Shown here: one piece after another, positions 16,160 to 25,483 of the stretch | How positions within the stretch are numbered: position 1 is the stretch's first letter | Layout of the letters: each line of letters begins with the position of its first letter | From: Christensenella sp. UBA1242 | GTDB taxonomy: Bacteria; Bacillota; Clostridia; Christensenellales; UBA1242 | Reading direction: 5' to 3' | DNA length: 62,847 nucleotides | Assembly (NCBI GenBank): GCA_002308915.1 | Contig: DBWI01000006.1 | Location: 1 to 62,847, forward strand | The notes under the pieces: generated by a model | Told to the model about the DNA's origin: nothing | The model's database searches: none | The model's input: the letters and a program-made list of their open reading frames with translations, nothing else | Program-made: the position numbers and the translations under genes

Positions 16160-16921
16160 ATGGTTTTATATGGGGATTACCACACACACACAATTTATAG
16201 TGGTAAAAAATTTCATATCAAGCACGCAAAAGGAACAATACTAGAAAATGCTTTTGCGGCAAAACAAAAAGGGTTAAAAGAAATAGCAATAACCGAGCAT
16301 GGATTTAATCATAGGTTATATGGAACAAAAAGAAGTTATCTAAAGAGAATGCGTGAAGAGATTGAACTTGCAAAACAAAAAACAGGAATAAACATTTTAC
16401 TTGGAATAGAAGCAAACATTATATCAAGTGATGGTGATGTTGATTTAACAGAAGAAGACATAAAAAATCTTGATTTTATTATTGTTGGTTTTCATGTCAA
16501 TGCAAGACCATCAAAGTTTTTAGAATTTTTTAAGTTCTTTTTACCAAACATACTTGGTTTTAAAAGACAAAAAGACATAAAAAGAAACACATTGGCCCTT
16601 ATGAAAGCAATGGACAAGTACCCAATAGATTTAATATCTCATCCTGGTGTAAAAATGCCAGTTGATTTCAAATATATTGGCGAACATGCCAAAAAGACAG
16701 AAACACATTTGGAACTTAATGGCAAAAGAATTGCTTACACACCAAAAGATGTTGAAATCTTAAAAAAGTTGAATGTAAAATTTATGATAAATTCCGATGC
16801 ACATTCACCAGCAAGGGTTGGAGAATGTAACAAAGGAACAAATTTTGCAATTAGATATAATATTCCAAGTGAAAATATATCCAATATGGGCAAAAGACCA
16901 AAATTCAAAAAGGAAATGTAA
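16160..16921 (+). CDS. PHP-domain metal-dependent phosphoesterase (histidinol-phosphatase family)
   Basis: GDYHTHTIYS, ITEHGFNH, HPG, NSDAHSP. Confidence 0.75.
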   Translation: MVLYGDYHTHTIYSGKKFHIKHAKGTILENAFAAKQKGLKEIAITEHGFNHRLYGTKRSYLKRMREEIELAKQKTGINILLGIEANIISSDGDVDLTEEDIKNLDFIIVGFHVNARPSKFLEFFKFFLPNILGFKRQKDIKRNTLALMKAMDKYPIDLISHPGVKMPVDFKYIGEHAKKTETHLELNGKRIAYTPKDVEILKKLNVKFMINSDAHSPARVGECNKGTNFAIRYNIPSENISNMGKRPKFKKEM

Positions 16922-17877
16922 TGGGTTTTTCAAGAGATGTAAAAAAAGAAGTATTAGAAAGGAAACCAGAAGATGATGGCTTATGGTTATCTTTTTTGAG
17001 CGGTCTTTTTAATTCATCTGCCTTGATTGATATCAATGAAAATGTTTTGCTAAAATTACATACTGATGTAAAAGAGCTTGTTGACGTTGTCACAAATATT
17101 TGTGAAAAACTTTATGGCACAAGTCCACAAATCAATGTAGAAAAAGCACGCCAAATTCAAAAAAGTGATTATTATCAAATCACCTTTGACACAAAACTTG
17201 CAACGAAACTTCTTTTAGACACGGGTTGTGCTCTATTAAAAGATGGAAAAATCGTTAGATATTTTAGTATTGATGAATATATGGTTCAAGACCCCGAAAA
17301 TTTAAAATATTTTGTTCAAGGTGCATATGTTGGTTGTGGAACATCAAGTATAAAGATAAACAAAAAAGACAGAATGTCCACAGGTTATCATCTTGAGTTT
17401 GCATCAAAAAATTATGAGTTTTTAAGTGGACTTGGTCACATATTGGCTCAGTTTGATGTTTCTGCAAAACTTGTGAAAAGAAAAAATCTTTTTATTTTGT
17501 ATGTCAAAGATGCAAATGAAGTAAGCAATGTTCTTGCACTTATGGGGGCATATAATGCAGTGCTTGATTTACAAAATGAAATGGCTCTTAGAACACTTCG
17601 AAACAGAATAAACAGACAAACAAATTGCATGAGTGCAAACATCAACAAAACAGTCAATGCAAGCATTAGACAAAATGATGCAATTTCAAAAATAATCACA
17701 AACATTGGACTTGAAGAATTGCCGCAAGATTTGCAAAACATTGCACTGCTTAGAATGGCAAATCCAGAAGAAAGTTTGGATGAACTTGTAAAACTAGCAA
17801 CATTTCCAATAACAAAAAGTGGATTAAGTTATAGACTAAACAAAATAATAAAAATCGCAGATAAAATTAAGGAGTAA
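16921..17877 (+). CDS. whiA: DNA-binding protein WhiA
   Basis: MGFSRDVKKEVL N-terminus, degenerate LAGLIDADG middle domain, C-terminal HTH; ATG shares 1 nt with the upstream TAA. Confidence 0.88.
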   Translation: MGFSRDVKKEVLERKPEDDGLWLSFLSGLFNSSALIDINENVLLKLHTDVKELVDVVTNICEKLYGTSPQINVEKARQIQKSDYYQITFDTKLATKLLLDTGCALLKDGKIVRYFSIDEYMVQDPENLKYFVQGAYVGCGTSSIKINKKDRMSTGYHLEFASKNYEFLSGLGHILAQFDVSAKLVKRKNLFILYVKDANEVSNVLALMGAYNAVLDLQNEMALRTLRNRINRQTNCMSANINKTVNASIRQNDAISKIITNIGLEELPQDLQNIALLRMANPEESLDELVKLATFPITKSGLSYRLNKIIKIADKIKE

Positions 17878-17879
17878 TA

Positions 17880-20800
17880 ATGGAACAATTTGTACATCTT
17901 CACAATCACACAGAGTTTTCTCTTTTAGATGGTGCAGCAAAAATAACAGATCTTGTCAAAGAAACCAAAGAACGTGGTTGGAAGGCTGTTGCAATAACAG
18001 ATCATGGTAATATGTATGGCGCATTGCAGTTTTACACTGCATGTCTTGGTGCAGGCATAAAACCAATTATTGGATGTGAATTTTATCTTTGTGATGACTA
18101 TACAAAAAAGACGGGAAAACAAAATTTTGATCACTTAATATTACTCGCAAAAAATAATGATGGCTACAAAAACTTATTAAAACTTAATTCTATTGCATTT
18201 ATTGATGGATTTTATTACAAACCAAGAATTGACTACAAACTATTGGAACAATACTCTAATGGTCTTATTTGTCTTAGTGCATGTCTTGCTGGAAGAATAC
18301 CAAAATTAATTTTGGCACACAGAATGGAAGATGCAACAGATTTTGCAAGAAAAATGCAAAATATGTTTGCACCTGGTGATTTTTATCTTGAAATTCAAAA
18401 CCATGGAATGCCAGAAGACAAAATTGTAACACTTGGGTTAGAACAAATAGGAAAAGAACTTGGCATCAAATTGGTTGCCACAAACGATTGTCACTACATT
18501 AAAAAAGAAGATGCAGAAATGCAAGATGTTTTGATGTGTGTACAAATGGGCAAAACATTAGACGACCCAGACAGATTCAAATTTTCAACTCAAGAGTACT
18601 ACTACAAAACATATGACGAAATGAAAGAACTTTTTGTTGGCTATGAAGATGCACTATTAACAACATTGGAAATTGCTGACAAATGTGATGTTGTAATTAG
18701 AAGAAAAACTCACGGGGAAATGGGACTTGATGAAAGATATTGTCTTCCTGCAAGCGAGAACTTTATTCCTGAATATGTTCCAGAAGGTGGACTTACACCT
18801 TTTGAATTTATGAAAAAGTTGACTTACGACAACTTGCCTAAAAAATATCCAAATGCATCGCAAGAAGTATTAGATAGAGTAGAGATGGAACTTACAACCA
18901 TTCATGACCAAGGCTTTGTTGAATATTTCTTAGTTGTGTGGGATTACATAAATTGGGCAAAAAACAACGGAATACCTGTTGGGCCAGGTCGTGGTAGTGG
19001 TGCAGGAAGTATTGTCGCATACTTAATGGGAATAACAAAGGTTGACCCACTAAAGTATCAATTATTCTTTGAAAGATTTATTAACAAAGAAAGAGTATCA
19101 ATGCCCGACTTTGATATTGACTTTGATTTCGATAGAAGAACAGAAGTTATAGAATATGCAAAAAGGAAATATCATCCAGAAAATGTTTCATATATTGTAA
19201 CATTTGGAAAAATGCAGGCAAAGAATGCCATAAAAGATGTAGGAAGAGTTCTAAGAATTCCATATGCCGAAACAGACAAGATAACAAAGTTAATACCATC
19301 AAGACTTCCAGAAGGAATCAAAAAACCACCTGTTCTTGCATATTATTTTGGCAAGACTGGCAAGCCGGAGAACGACAAGTTTATCAATCACGAATTAAAA
19401 GAAATTTATGATAGTGATGATGACCTAAAAAGAGTTATAGATATTGCAATAAAGCTAGAAGGTTTTCCAAGGAACACATCAATGCATGCTTGCGGAGTTT
19501 TGATTGCTCCACATCCAGTACAAGAATTTGTTCCACAATCAAGAAATGGTGATGAAATAACAACTCAATACGATATGGTTGAGCTTGAATCGCTTGGTTT
19601 ACTCAAAATGGACTTTTTGGGTCTAAAAACCCTTACAGATATTGACAAAGCATGCCAATATGTTAAAGAAAATCACGGAGTAGAATTAGACTTTGACAAA
19701 ATTGGTTATGACGACAAAAATGTTTTTGATTTAATTTCAACAGGAAACACAACAGCAATATTCCAGCTTGAAAGTGGTGGTTTCCAAAGCTTTTTAAAAG
19801 AGCTTAAGCCAAGTGGTCTAGAAGATATTATCGCCGGAGTTTCTTTGTATAGACCAGGCCCAATGGATGCAATTCCAAGATATGTAAGAAACAAGTTCCA
19901 TCCAGAGCAAGTTGAATATCCACATGAATGTATCAAAGATATTCTAAAAGTTACTTATGGCTGTATTGTTTATCAAGAGCAAGTTATGCAGATTTGTCAA
20001 GCAATGGGTGGCTATAGTTTGGGACAAGCAGACAATGTTCGTAGAATTATGGGTAAGAAAAAAGTTGACAAAATGGCATACGAGCGTGAAAAATTTATCA
20101 ATGGTTGTGATGATCCAAAACATCCAATTCCTGGCGCAGTAAAGCTTGGTGTTCCAAAAGAAGTTGCCGAAAAAGTATTTTCCGAAATGGAAAGTTTTGC
20201 GTCATACGCGTTCAACAAATCTCACGCAACAGCATATGCAATGCTAACTTATCAAACAGCGTATCTCAAGTGCTATTACGAAGTTGAATTTTTAACATCA
20301 ATTATCAACAACAGAATCACCAATGCAGATGAAATCAAAAGATATGTTGCTTATTCAAGACAAGAAGGTATAGAAGTATTGCCTCCAGACATCAATAACA
20401 GCAAAACATATTTCTCTGTTGAAAATGGCAAGATTAGATATGGATTAAGTGGTCTAAAGGGTGTTGGAATTAGTGCTATTGATGTAATAATAAATGAACG
20501 TACAAAAAATGGTAAATTCAAAGACATATATGACTTTATATCTCGTATGATGGAAGTTTCTCCAAGCATAATAAACAAAAAGAGTATGGAAAGTTTAATA
20601 TTCAGTGGAGCTCTTGATACTTTTGGTCTTCATCGTTCTCAACTTAGTGAAATGTATGAAGGTATTATAGAAAAAGTAGCAAAAGATTTAGAGACCAAAA
20701 GAACAGGACAATTCTCTTTGTTTGATATGTTTGGTGGAGAAGCCTCAAAAGAAGTAGACAAAATTGATGTTCCAAAAATTAAGGAATTTAACAAAGAAAC

Positions 20801-21482
20801 AAAATTGAAATTCGAAAAAGAAATTTTGGGTGTATATTTGTCAGGACATCCCTTGCAAGAATATTTGGACAAGTTCAAAACATTCAATTTTAATTCTTCA
20901 ATGATACACAAAGATGAAGAAGACCAAATTTCCGAGTATGGTGAAGATGAATCTGGTGCAGACCTTGAGTTTGAAGGTTTAACAGACGGAATGCGAATTA
21001 ATTGTGGTGGAATAATCACAGAAGTAAAAAAGATATTCACAAAGTCTTCAAATCTTCCAATGGCAATTGTTGATGTTGAAGATATGTATGGAACTTTTTC
21101 TTGTATGATTGCTCCAAAAAATTATGATAAAATAAAAGCATTACTTGTTGAAGATAATATCGTTGAAATATATGGCAGATTTTCATACAGACCAGGCAGA
21201 GATCCAGTTATTTCTGTTGACAGAATGTCTATTATGGAAAAACAAACAGAACCAGAAGAAAAAATTGATAAAACATTATATCTAAAATACAACACCAAAG
21301 ACCAAAAATTAAGTGATAAATTAAATTTAATTTTATCTTTATATCCAGGAGAGATACCAGTTGTTGTTAGATGTGAAAGTGACAAAAAGGCATACAAACA
21401 GGCAAAAAAAGTTAATGGAAATAATCACTTAATAAACGAATTGGTTGGACTTATTGGCGAAGCTAATGTTATATTAAAATAA
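17880..21482 (+). CDS. dnaE: DNA polymerase III alpha subunit (DnaE type)
   Basis: FVHLHNHTEFSLLDGA PHP N-terminus, GPGRGSGAGS, MPDFDIDF, 1200 aa. Confidence 0.95.
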   Translation: MEQFVHLHNHTEFSLLDGAAKITDLVKETKERGWKAVAITDHGNMYGALQFYTACLGAGIKPIIGCEFYLCDDYTKKTGKQNFDHLILLAKNNDGYKNLLKLNSIAFIDGFYYKPRIDYKLLEQYSNGLICLSACLAGRIPKLILAHRMEDATDFARKMQNMFAPGDFYLEIQNHGMPEDKIVTLGLEQIGKELGIKLVATNDCHYIKKEDAEMQDVLMCVQMGKTLDDPDRFKFSTQEYYYKTYDEMKELFVGYEDALLTTLEIADKCDVVIRRKTHGEMGLDERYCLPASENFIPEYVPEGGLTPFEFMKKLTYDNLPKKYPNASQEVLDRVEMELTTIHDQGFVEYFLVVWDYINWAKNNGIPVGPGRGSGAGSIVAYLMGITKVDPLKYQLFFERFINKERVSMPDFDIDFDFDRRTEVIEYAKRKYHPENVSYIVTFGKMQAKNAIKDVGRVLRIPYAETDKITKLIPSRLPEGIKKPPVLAYYFGKTGKPENDKFINHELKEIYDSDDDLKRVIDIAIKLEGFPRNTSMHACGVLIAPHPVQEFVPQSRNGDEITTQYDMVELESLGLLKMDFLGLKTLTDIDKACQYVKENHGVELDFDKIGYDDKNVFDLISTGNTTAIFQLESGGFQSFLKELKPSGLEDIIAGVSLYRPGPMDAIPRYVRNKFHPEQVEYPHECIKDILKVTYGCIVYQEQVMQICQAMGGYSLGQADNVRRIMGKKKVDKMAYEREKFINGCDDPKHPIPGAVKLGVPKEVAEKVFSEMESFASYAFNKSHATAYAMLTYQTAYLKCYYEVEFLTSIINNRITNADEIKRYVAYSRQEGIEVLPPDINNSKTYFSVENGKIRYGLSGLKGVGISAIDVIINERTKNGKFKDIYDFISRMMEVSPSIINKKSMESLIFSGALDTFGLHRSQLSEMYEGIIEKVAKDLETKRTGQFSLFDMFGGEASKEVDKIDVPKIKEFNKETKLKFEKEILGVYLSGHPLQEYLDKFKTFNFNSSMIHKDEEDQISEYGEDESGADLEFEGLTDGMRINCGGIITEVKKIFTKSSNLPMAIVDVEDMYGTFSCMIAPKNYDKIKALLVEDNIVEIYGRFSYRPGRDPVISVDRMSIMEKQTEPEEKIDKTLYLKYNTKDQKLSDKLNLILSLYPGEIPVVVRCESDKKAYKQAKKVNGNNHLINELVGLIGEANVILK

Positions 21483-21493
21483 GGAGAATTATT

Positions 21494-22369
21494 ATGAATA
21501 TAGGAATATTGTTTAGTGGTGGCGATGGCCCAGGAATGAATAATTGTCTTTATAATTTATATAAGGGTCTTTACAAAAACAATAATATAATTTTGTTTTA
21601 TGAAGGCTTTAAGGGTTTAATAAATAACAAAACAATACAATTTGATATCAAAGAATTAAAACAATATTCAACAGAAGGTGGAATTTGTATTAAGTCTTCA
21701 AGATGTCCAGAATTTGCAACAAAACAAGGTGTTCAAAAAGGTATAAAAACATATGAAGATAACAACCTTGATGTTCTTATTGTTATGGGTGGAAATGGTT
21801 CGCTTAGGGGCGCTCATGAGCTTGTGGAAGAAGGCAAGAACATAATGTTTATACCATGTTCAATAGACAATGATATAACAGATTGCGATTATTCAATTGG
21901 CTACACAACAGCGTGTCAAAATTGTATTGAATATATCACAAGTGTACATGACACAATGGAAAGTTTTTCAAGAGCATGCATTTATGAAGTAATGGGCAGG
22001 GATTGTGATAAAATTGCAAATTTTGTTGCACACAGCATAGATGCAGATTATGTATACAATAACAAAGATTGTTCACTTGAAGAATGTGTAAAATCAATTA
22101 AAAGCAAAAATCCTGTTATTATTCTTAGAGAAAACATATTAGATATAAAAGATTTTGCGGCAAAGTTTGAACAAGCAACTGGCATAGAAACAAGATACTG
22201 TGTAATAGGTTATTATCAACGTGGTGGTAGACCAACAGATGAAGAAATAATATTCTCAAAAGCAATAGCAGATAACTGTTGTAATTTAATTAATCAAAAA
22301 CAATTTAACAAGCAAATATTGCTTAAAGATAACAATGGTACATTTATGCCAGTAATTAAGGAAGTGTAA
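21494..22369 (+). CDS. pfkA: ATP-dependent 6-phosphofructokinase (short, divergent)
   Basis: GILFSGGDGPGMN, MGGNGSLRGA, IPCSIDNDI, EVMGRDC, GYYQRGG; SD AAGGAG. Confidence 0.85.
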   Translation: MNIGILFSGGDGPGMNNCLYNLYKGLYKNNNIILFYEGFKGLINNKTIQFDIKELKQYSTEGGICIKSSRCPEFATKQGVQKGIKTYEDNNLDVLIVMGGNGSLRGAHELVEEGKNIMFIPCSIDNDITDCDYSIGYTTACQNCIEYITSVHDTMESFSRACIYEVMGRDCDKIANFVAHSIDADYVYNNKDCSLEECVKSIKSKNPVIILRENILDIKDFAAKFEQATGIETRYCVIGYYQRGGRPTDEEIIFSKAIADNCCNLINQKQFNKQILLKDNNGTFMPVIKEV

Positions 22370-22371
22370 TT

Positions 22372-22818
22372 ATGGAACATTTATTTGATGACATATTAGA
22401 AAAAGATGAAAAAATCATAGCAGTAATAAAGCCAAACAAAAAAAGGTATTGGAAAAATCTTTTGTTTTTTGCTATTCCGCTATTTTGGCCACATTTGATT
22501 ATGATGCTAGTTGCAAGTTTGTTTACTTTGCCATTCTTTTTTGCTCATGGTTATAACAATCTATATTATGCATACACAAACAAAAGACTTATTCGCAGAA
22601 GTGGGTGGATTGGAGTAGATTATAGGTGTTTGGAATACAAAGATGTGACGGCGACTTCTGTGACAGTTGGATTTTTGGATAAGGGTTGCAAAACAGGCTC
22701 GCTTGGTTTTTCAAGTCCAAGCGTTCATGCTGGAACTCCAATGACTTTTAGTTATGTTAATAATCCTTATGATGTAATGAGAGAAATTAAAGAACAAATG
22801 AACAATATAGAAAAATAA
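22372..22818 (+). CDS. Membrane protein with a bacterial PH (bPH_2/YdbS-like) domain
   Basis: Two TM helices, then YTNKRLIRRSGWIGVDYRCLEYKDV. Confidence 0.6.
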   Translation: MEHLFDDILEKDEKIIAVIKPNKKRYWKNLLFFAIPLFWPHLIMMLVASLFTLPFFFAHGYNNLYYAYTNKRLIRRSGWIGVDYRCLEYKDVTATSVTVGFLDKGCKTGSLGFSSPSVHAGTPMTFSYVNNPYDVMREIKEQMNNIEK

Positions 22819-22832
22819 CAAAAAAACAAATA

Positions 22833-22866
22833 AAAAGAGTGTAAAAATTAAAACACTCTTTTTTTA
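22833..22866 (+). terminator. Intrinsic terminator
   Basis: AGAGTGT-loop-ACACTCT plus T7. Confidence 0.75.
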
Positions 22867-22916
22867 TGTTTGAATAATATTTTTATTTTTTACATAAATA
22901 TGGTAATATATAAAAT

Positions 22917-23819
22917 ATGAAAAAGAAAATTTTGGCGATTTTAATATTAGTTTTTGCAATTTTCCTTTGTGGTTGTGAAGTTCCACCGCAATATACTGTT
23001 GCTGCAAGAAGTGACGGGACGGTTTTGCAAATGTTATACATTCCATTCTCTGGAAAGGAATTTCATGATATGGGAGTTGATGATGATAAAATTGCAGAGC
23101 TTGCTTCTGGATTAAAGAATATATTTGCAAATTACTTTACCAATATGCGACAAAATTTTGTTACAAAACTTGAAAGTGATGATGGTTTATCTGAAGATGA
23201 CAAAACGAACTTATTAGTTGGTTGTCCAGGTGATTATGACGTACAAGGGACAGGGGGTGTTAATGGTATAACATTTCAATTAGAGTTTGCTTCTGCATTG
23301 CATTATTACTATTTTAATTCAAGCTTAAAATATTATGAGTTAATTGAAGAACTAAACAAAGATACATCGGTAACTCAAGAAGGCATCTTTACAAACAAAG
23401 TAACAAACACAAATGCAACTGTATTTGGATTGTATACAAGTTATGATTCAACAAAAACTTTTGCAGAATATATGACAGACAGATGTAAAGCTGTGCTAAA
23501 AGAAGAAACAAGTTTAACTGATAAACAAATTGAGCAAGTTGTTCCAAAAACATATATGTATAGATATGGAACTACATCAAGAAAAATTCATTCAGATGCA
23601 GACCGAGTTAGATATATTAACAATATTTATTATCACGAATGGGATATAACACTCGACAATAGTGCAAGAGAAATTAGCACTTGGACATTAACAATCAACC
23701 GTGGAGTTTGGTATGTAACAATATTGGGTTCAGCATTCTTATTGATTGCAATATTATTTATTGTTGCAAAAGTTAAAGAAAAAAAAGATAAAACACAAGT
23801 TGTAATTGAAGAGCCATAA
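22917..23819 (+). CDS. Lipoprotein with an additional C-terminal TM anchor
   Basis: MKKKILAILILVFAIFLCGC lipobox; C-terminal VWYVTILGSAFLLIAILFIVA. Confidence 0.75.
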   Translation: MKKKILAILILVFAIFLCGCEVPPQYTVAARSDGTVLQMLYIPFSGKEFHDMGVDDDKIAELASGLKNIFANYFTNMRQNFVTKLESDDGLSEDDKTNLLVGCPGDYDVQGTGGVNGITFQLEFASALHYYYFNSSLKYYELIEELNKDTSVTQEGIFTNKVTNTNATVFGLYTSYDSTKTFAEYMTDRCKAVLKEETSLTDKQIEQVVPKTYMYRYGTTSRKIHSDADRVRYINNIYYHEWDITLDNSAREISTWTLTINRGVWYVTILGSAFLLIAILFIVAKVKEKKDKTQVVIEEP

Positions 23820-23882
23820 AAATGCCATCTTGACACCCAAAATTATTTGCAGTATATTTTTATTGTATTGGGAGATTGTATA

Positions 23883-24359
23883 ATGAATAACAAAGAAGAA
23901 GTACAAGCAAAATTAAATGATAAAAAAACAGAGTTAGAAAAGTTAGAAAAATTGATGTCAGATCCAAAAAATTACGAAATGAGTCCTGCGCAAGTAATGC
24001 CAAAAATAATGAGTTATTACATCGGTGGTTTAGGTATAATGGGATTCATAATTACTGCAATTTCTGCAATCTTTGCACCAATAACAATTCCATTGTTAAT
24101 TGGTTCTGGTGTTTTCTTAGCAACTGGTGTAACATTATTTGCAGTGGGAGAACATATCGAAAGAAATTTTCATTCAAGGAAATATAGATTAAAAAATGAT
24201 ATTTTTGCATTACAAAGAGAAATAGATACATTAAGTGCAGAACTTGGCAAGGAAGATAGCAATTCTTTCCTAAAACAAGATGAAAAAATTATTTTATCAA
24301 CTTTTGTTCCAGAAGGACAAAATAAAGACAAGGCAAAATATGATATAGGAAAAGAATAA
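23883..24359 (+). CDS. Coiled-coil / 2-TM / coiled-coil membrane protein (paralog of 24867..25406)
   Basis: Promoter TTGACA-17-TATATT at 23830; SD GGGAG; start at MNNKEEVQ. Confidence 0.7.
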   Translation: MNNKEEVQAKLNDKKTELEKLEKLMSDPKNYEMSPAQVMPKIMSYYIGGLGIMGFIITAISAIFAPITIPLLIGSGVFLATGVTLFAVGEHIERNFHSRKYRLKNDIFALQREIDTLSAELGKEDSNSFLKQDEKIILSTFVPEGQNKDKAKYDIGKE

Positions 24360-24364
24360 TTATA

Positions 24365-24393
24365 AAAAACTACTGTTTTGCAGTAGTTTTTTT
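24365..24393 (+). terminator. Intrinsic terminator
   Basis: AAACTACTG-TTTT-CAGTAGTTT plus T run. Confidence 0.8.
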
Positions 24394-24402
24394 ATATTAT
24401 GT

Positions 24403-24430
24403 TTGAAATAATTCATTTTTGTTATATAAT
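24403..24430 (+). promoter_or_regulatory. Promoter of the leaderless smr-domain mRNA
   Basis: TTGAAA - 16 nt - TATAAT - 6 nt - ATG 24437; no SD. Confidence 0.55.
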
Positions 24431-24436
24431 ACAAAT

Positions 24437-24778
24437 ATGGATTACAAGGTATTAAACTTAAAAGAAAACTCCCCAACAATTGAGCAGGCTTTAGCAATTT
24501 TCGAAATAAATGTTTCTGCCTACAAATTAGAAGGTGTAAAAGTTGTAAAAGTTATTCATGGCTACGGTTCTCATGGCGTTGGCGGAGATATTTGTTTGCA
24601 ACTACGAAGATTGCTTAGGTCAATGAAAAAGGGAAAGAAAATCAAAGACTTCTTGCTTGGTAATGAATGGGATATGTCAAACGAGAAATGCATAAACATT
24701 TTAACTGAGCTAAAAGATTGTTATAATGATGAGGATTTGGGGAATTCTAATCCGGGAATAACAATAGTTGTTTTGTAA
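24437..24778 (+). CDS. Stand-alone Smr-domain protein
   Basis: LNLKENSPTIEQALAIFE...VKVVKVIHGYGSHGVGGDI fits the Smr pattern (LDLHG-like motif ... IHGKG). Confidence 0.72.
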   Translation: MDYKVLNLKENSPTIEQALAIFEINVSAYKLEGVKVVKVIHGYGSHGVGGDICLQLRRLLRSMKKGKKIKDFLLGNEWDMSNEKCINILTELKDCYNDEDLGNSNPGITIVVL

Positions 24779-24866
24779 TGGCTTTATCAAAAAGTGATGC
24801 AAATAATTAGCGCATATTGACAAGTAATGTTTTTTTTGTTATATTTCTAATATAGGAGAGAACAAC

Positions 24867-25406
24867 ATGGAAGAAATAGTTAATTTAAAAAATGAAATTG
24901 ACAAAAAAGAAAAGAAATTAAAGAAACAAAAAGAATGGCTTGAATATTCAAAATTAGATGCCAAAACATCAAAAAGATTTGGAGCACCGGTTAGAGGTGC
25001 TGGACTAAAAATTGCTGGTCTTGTAGCGATGATGTTGGGCATTATTTTAGTCGTTCCTGCGATAGCATTCTGGTATACAGCTTTGGCTTTACCTTTGGGA
25101 ATAGCAGGGGTTTCTTCGTTTGCACTTGGTACATCTGGGATTGTTGGTGGAAATATACTTGAAAAAAATTTTGATAAAACAATTTCTAAGTGTGAAAAAG
25201 AAGTAGAAGAATTGAATGATGAAATTGAATCGCTAAAACACAAATTGGCAGAGTTTGAATCAGATTCAAAAAAAGTTGGCGAAGTTGAAGAGAAAAAAGA
25301 GACGGAAGATGTACGAGAATTAGAAGAAGACAAAAAGTTTACAAAAAAGAAGACATTTGGAAAGGAAAAATCCAAAAGTCAAGAAGAAGTTGGAAAAGAA
25401 TTGTAA
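24867..25406 (+). CDS. Coiled-coil / 2-TM / coiled-coil membrane protein (paralog of 23883..24359)
   Basis: SD TAGGAGAG; shared post-TM block G.[HN]I[EL][RK]NF followed by a heptad-like region. Confidence 0.7.
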   Translation: MEEIVNLKNEIDKKEKKLKKQKEWLEYSKLDAKTSKRFGAPVRGAGLKIAGLVAMMLGIILVVPAIAFWYTALALPLGIAGVSSFALGTSGIVGGNILEKNFDKTISKCEKEVEELNDEIESLKHKLAEFESDSKKVGEVEEKKETEDVRELEEDKKFTKKKTFGKEKSKSQEEVGKEL

Positions 25407-25412
25407 TAATTG

Positions 25413-25438
25413 AACCACTGCATTGCAGTGGTTTTTTT
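25413..25438 (+). terminator. Intrinsic terminator
   Basis: AACCACTGC-ATT-GCAGTGGTT plus T7. Confidence 0.8.
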
Positions 25439-25483
25439 AACCTTAAATAAAAATTTTTCATATATACAAAAGTGGAGAATTTT

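Noticed and set aside
24839-25375. 178-aa minus-strand ORF (Ser/Phe-rich)
   Set aside because: It is antisense to the SD-preceded plus-strand gene 24867..25406. Its low-complexity composition mirrors the Lys/Glu-rich sense frame, and it has no SD or promoter. I treat it as a shadow ORF.
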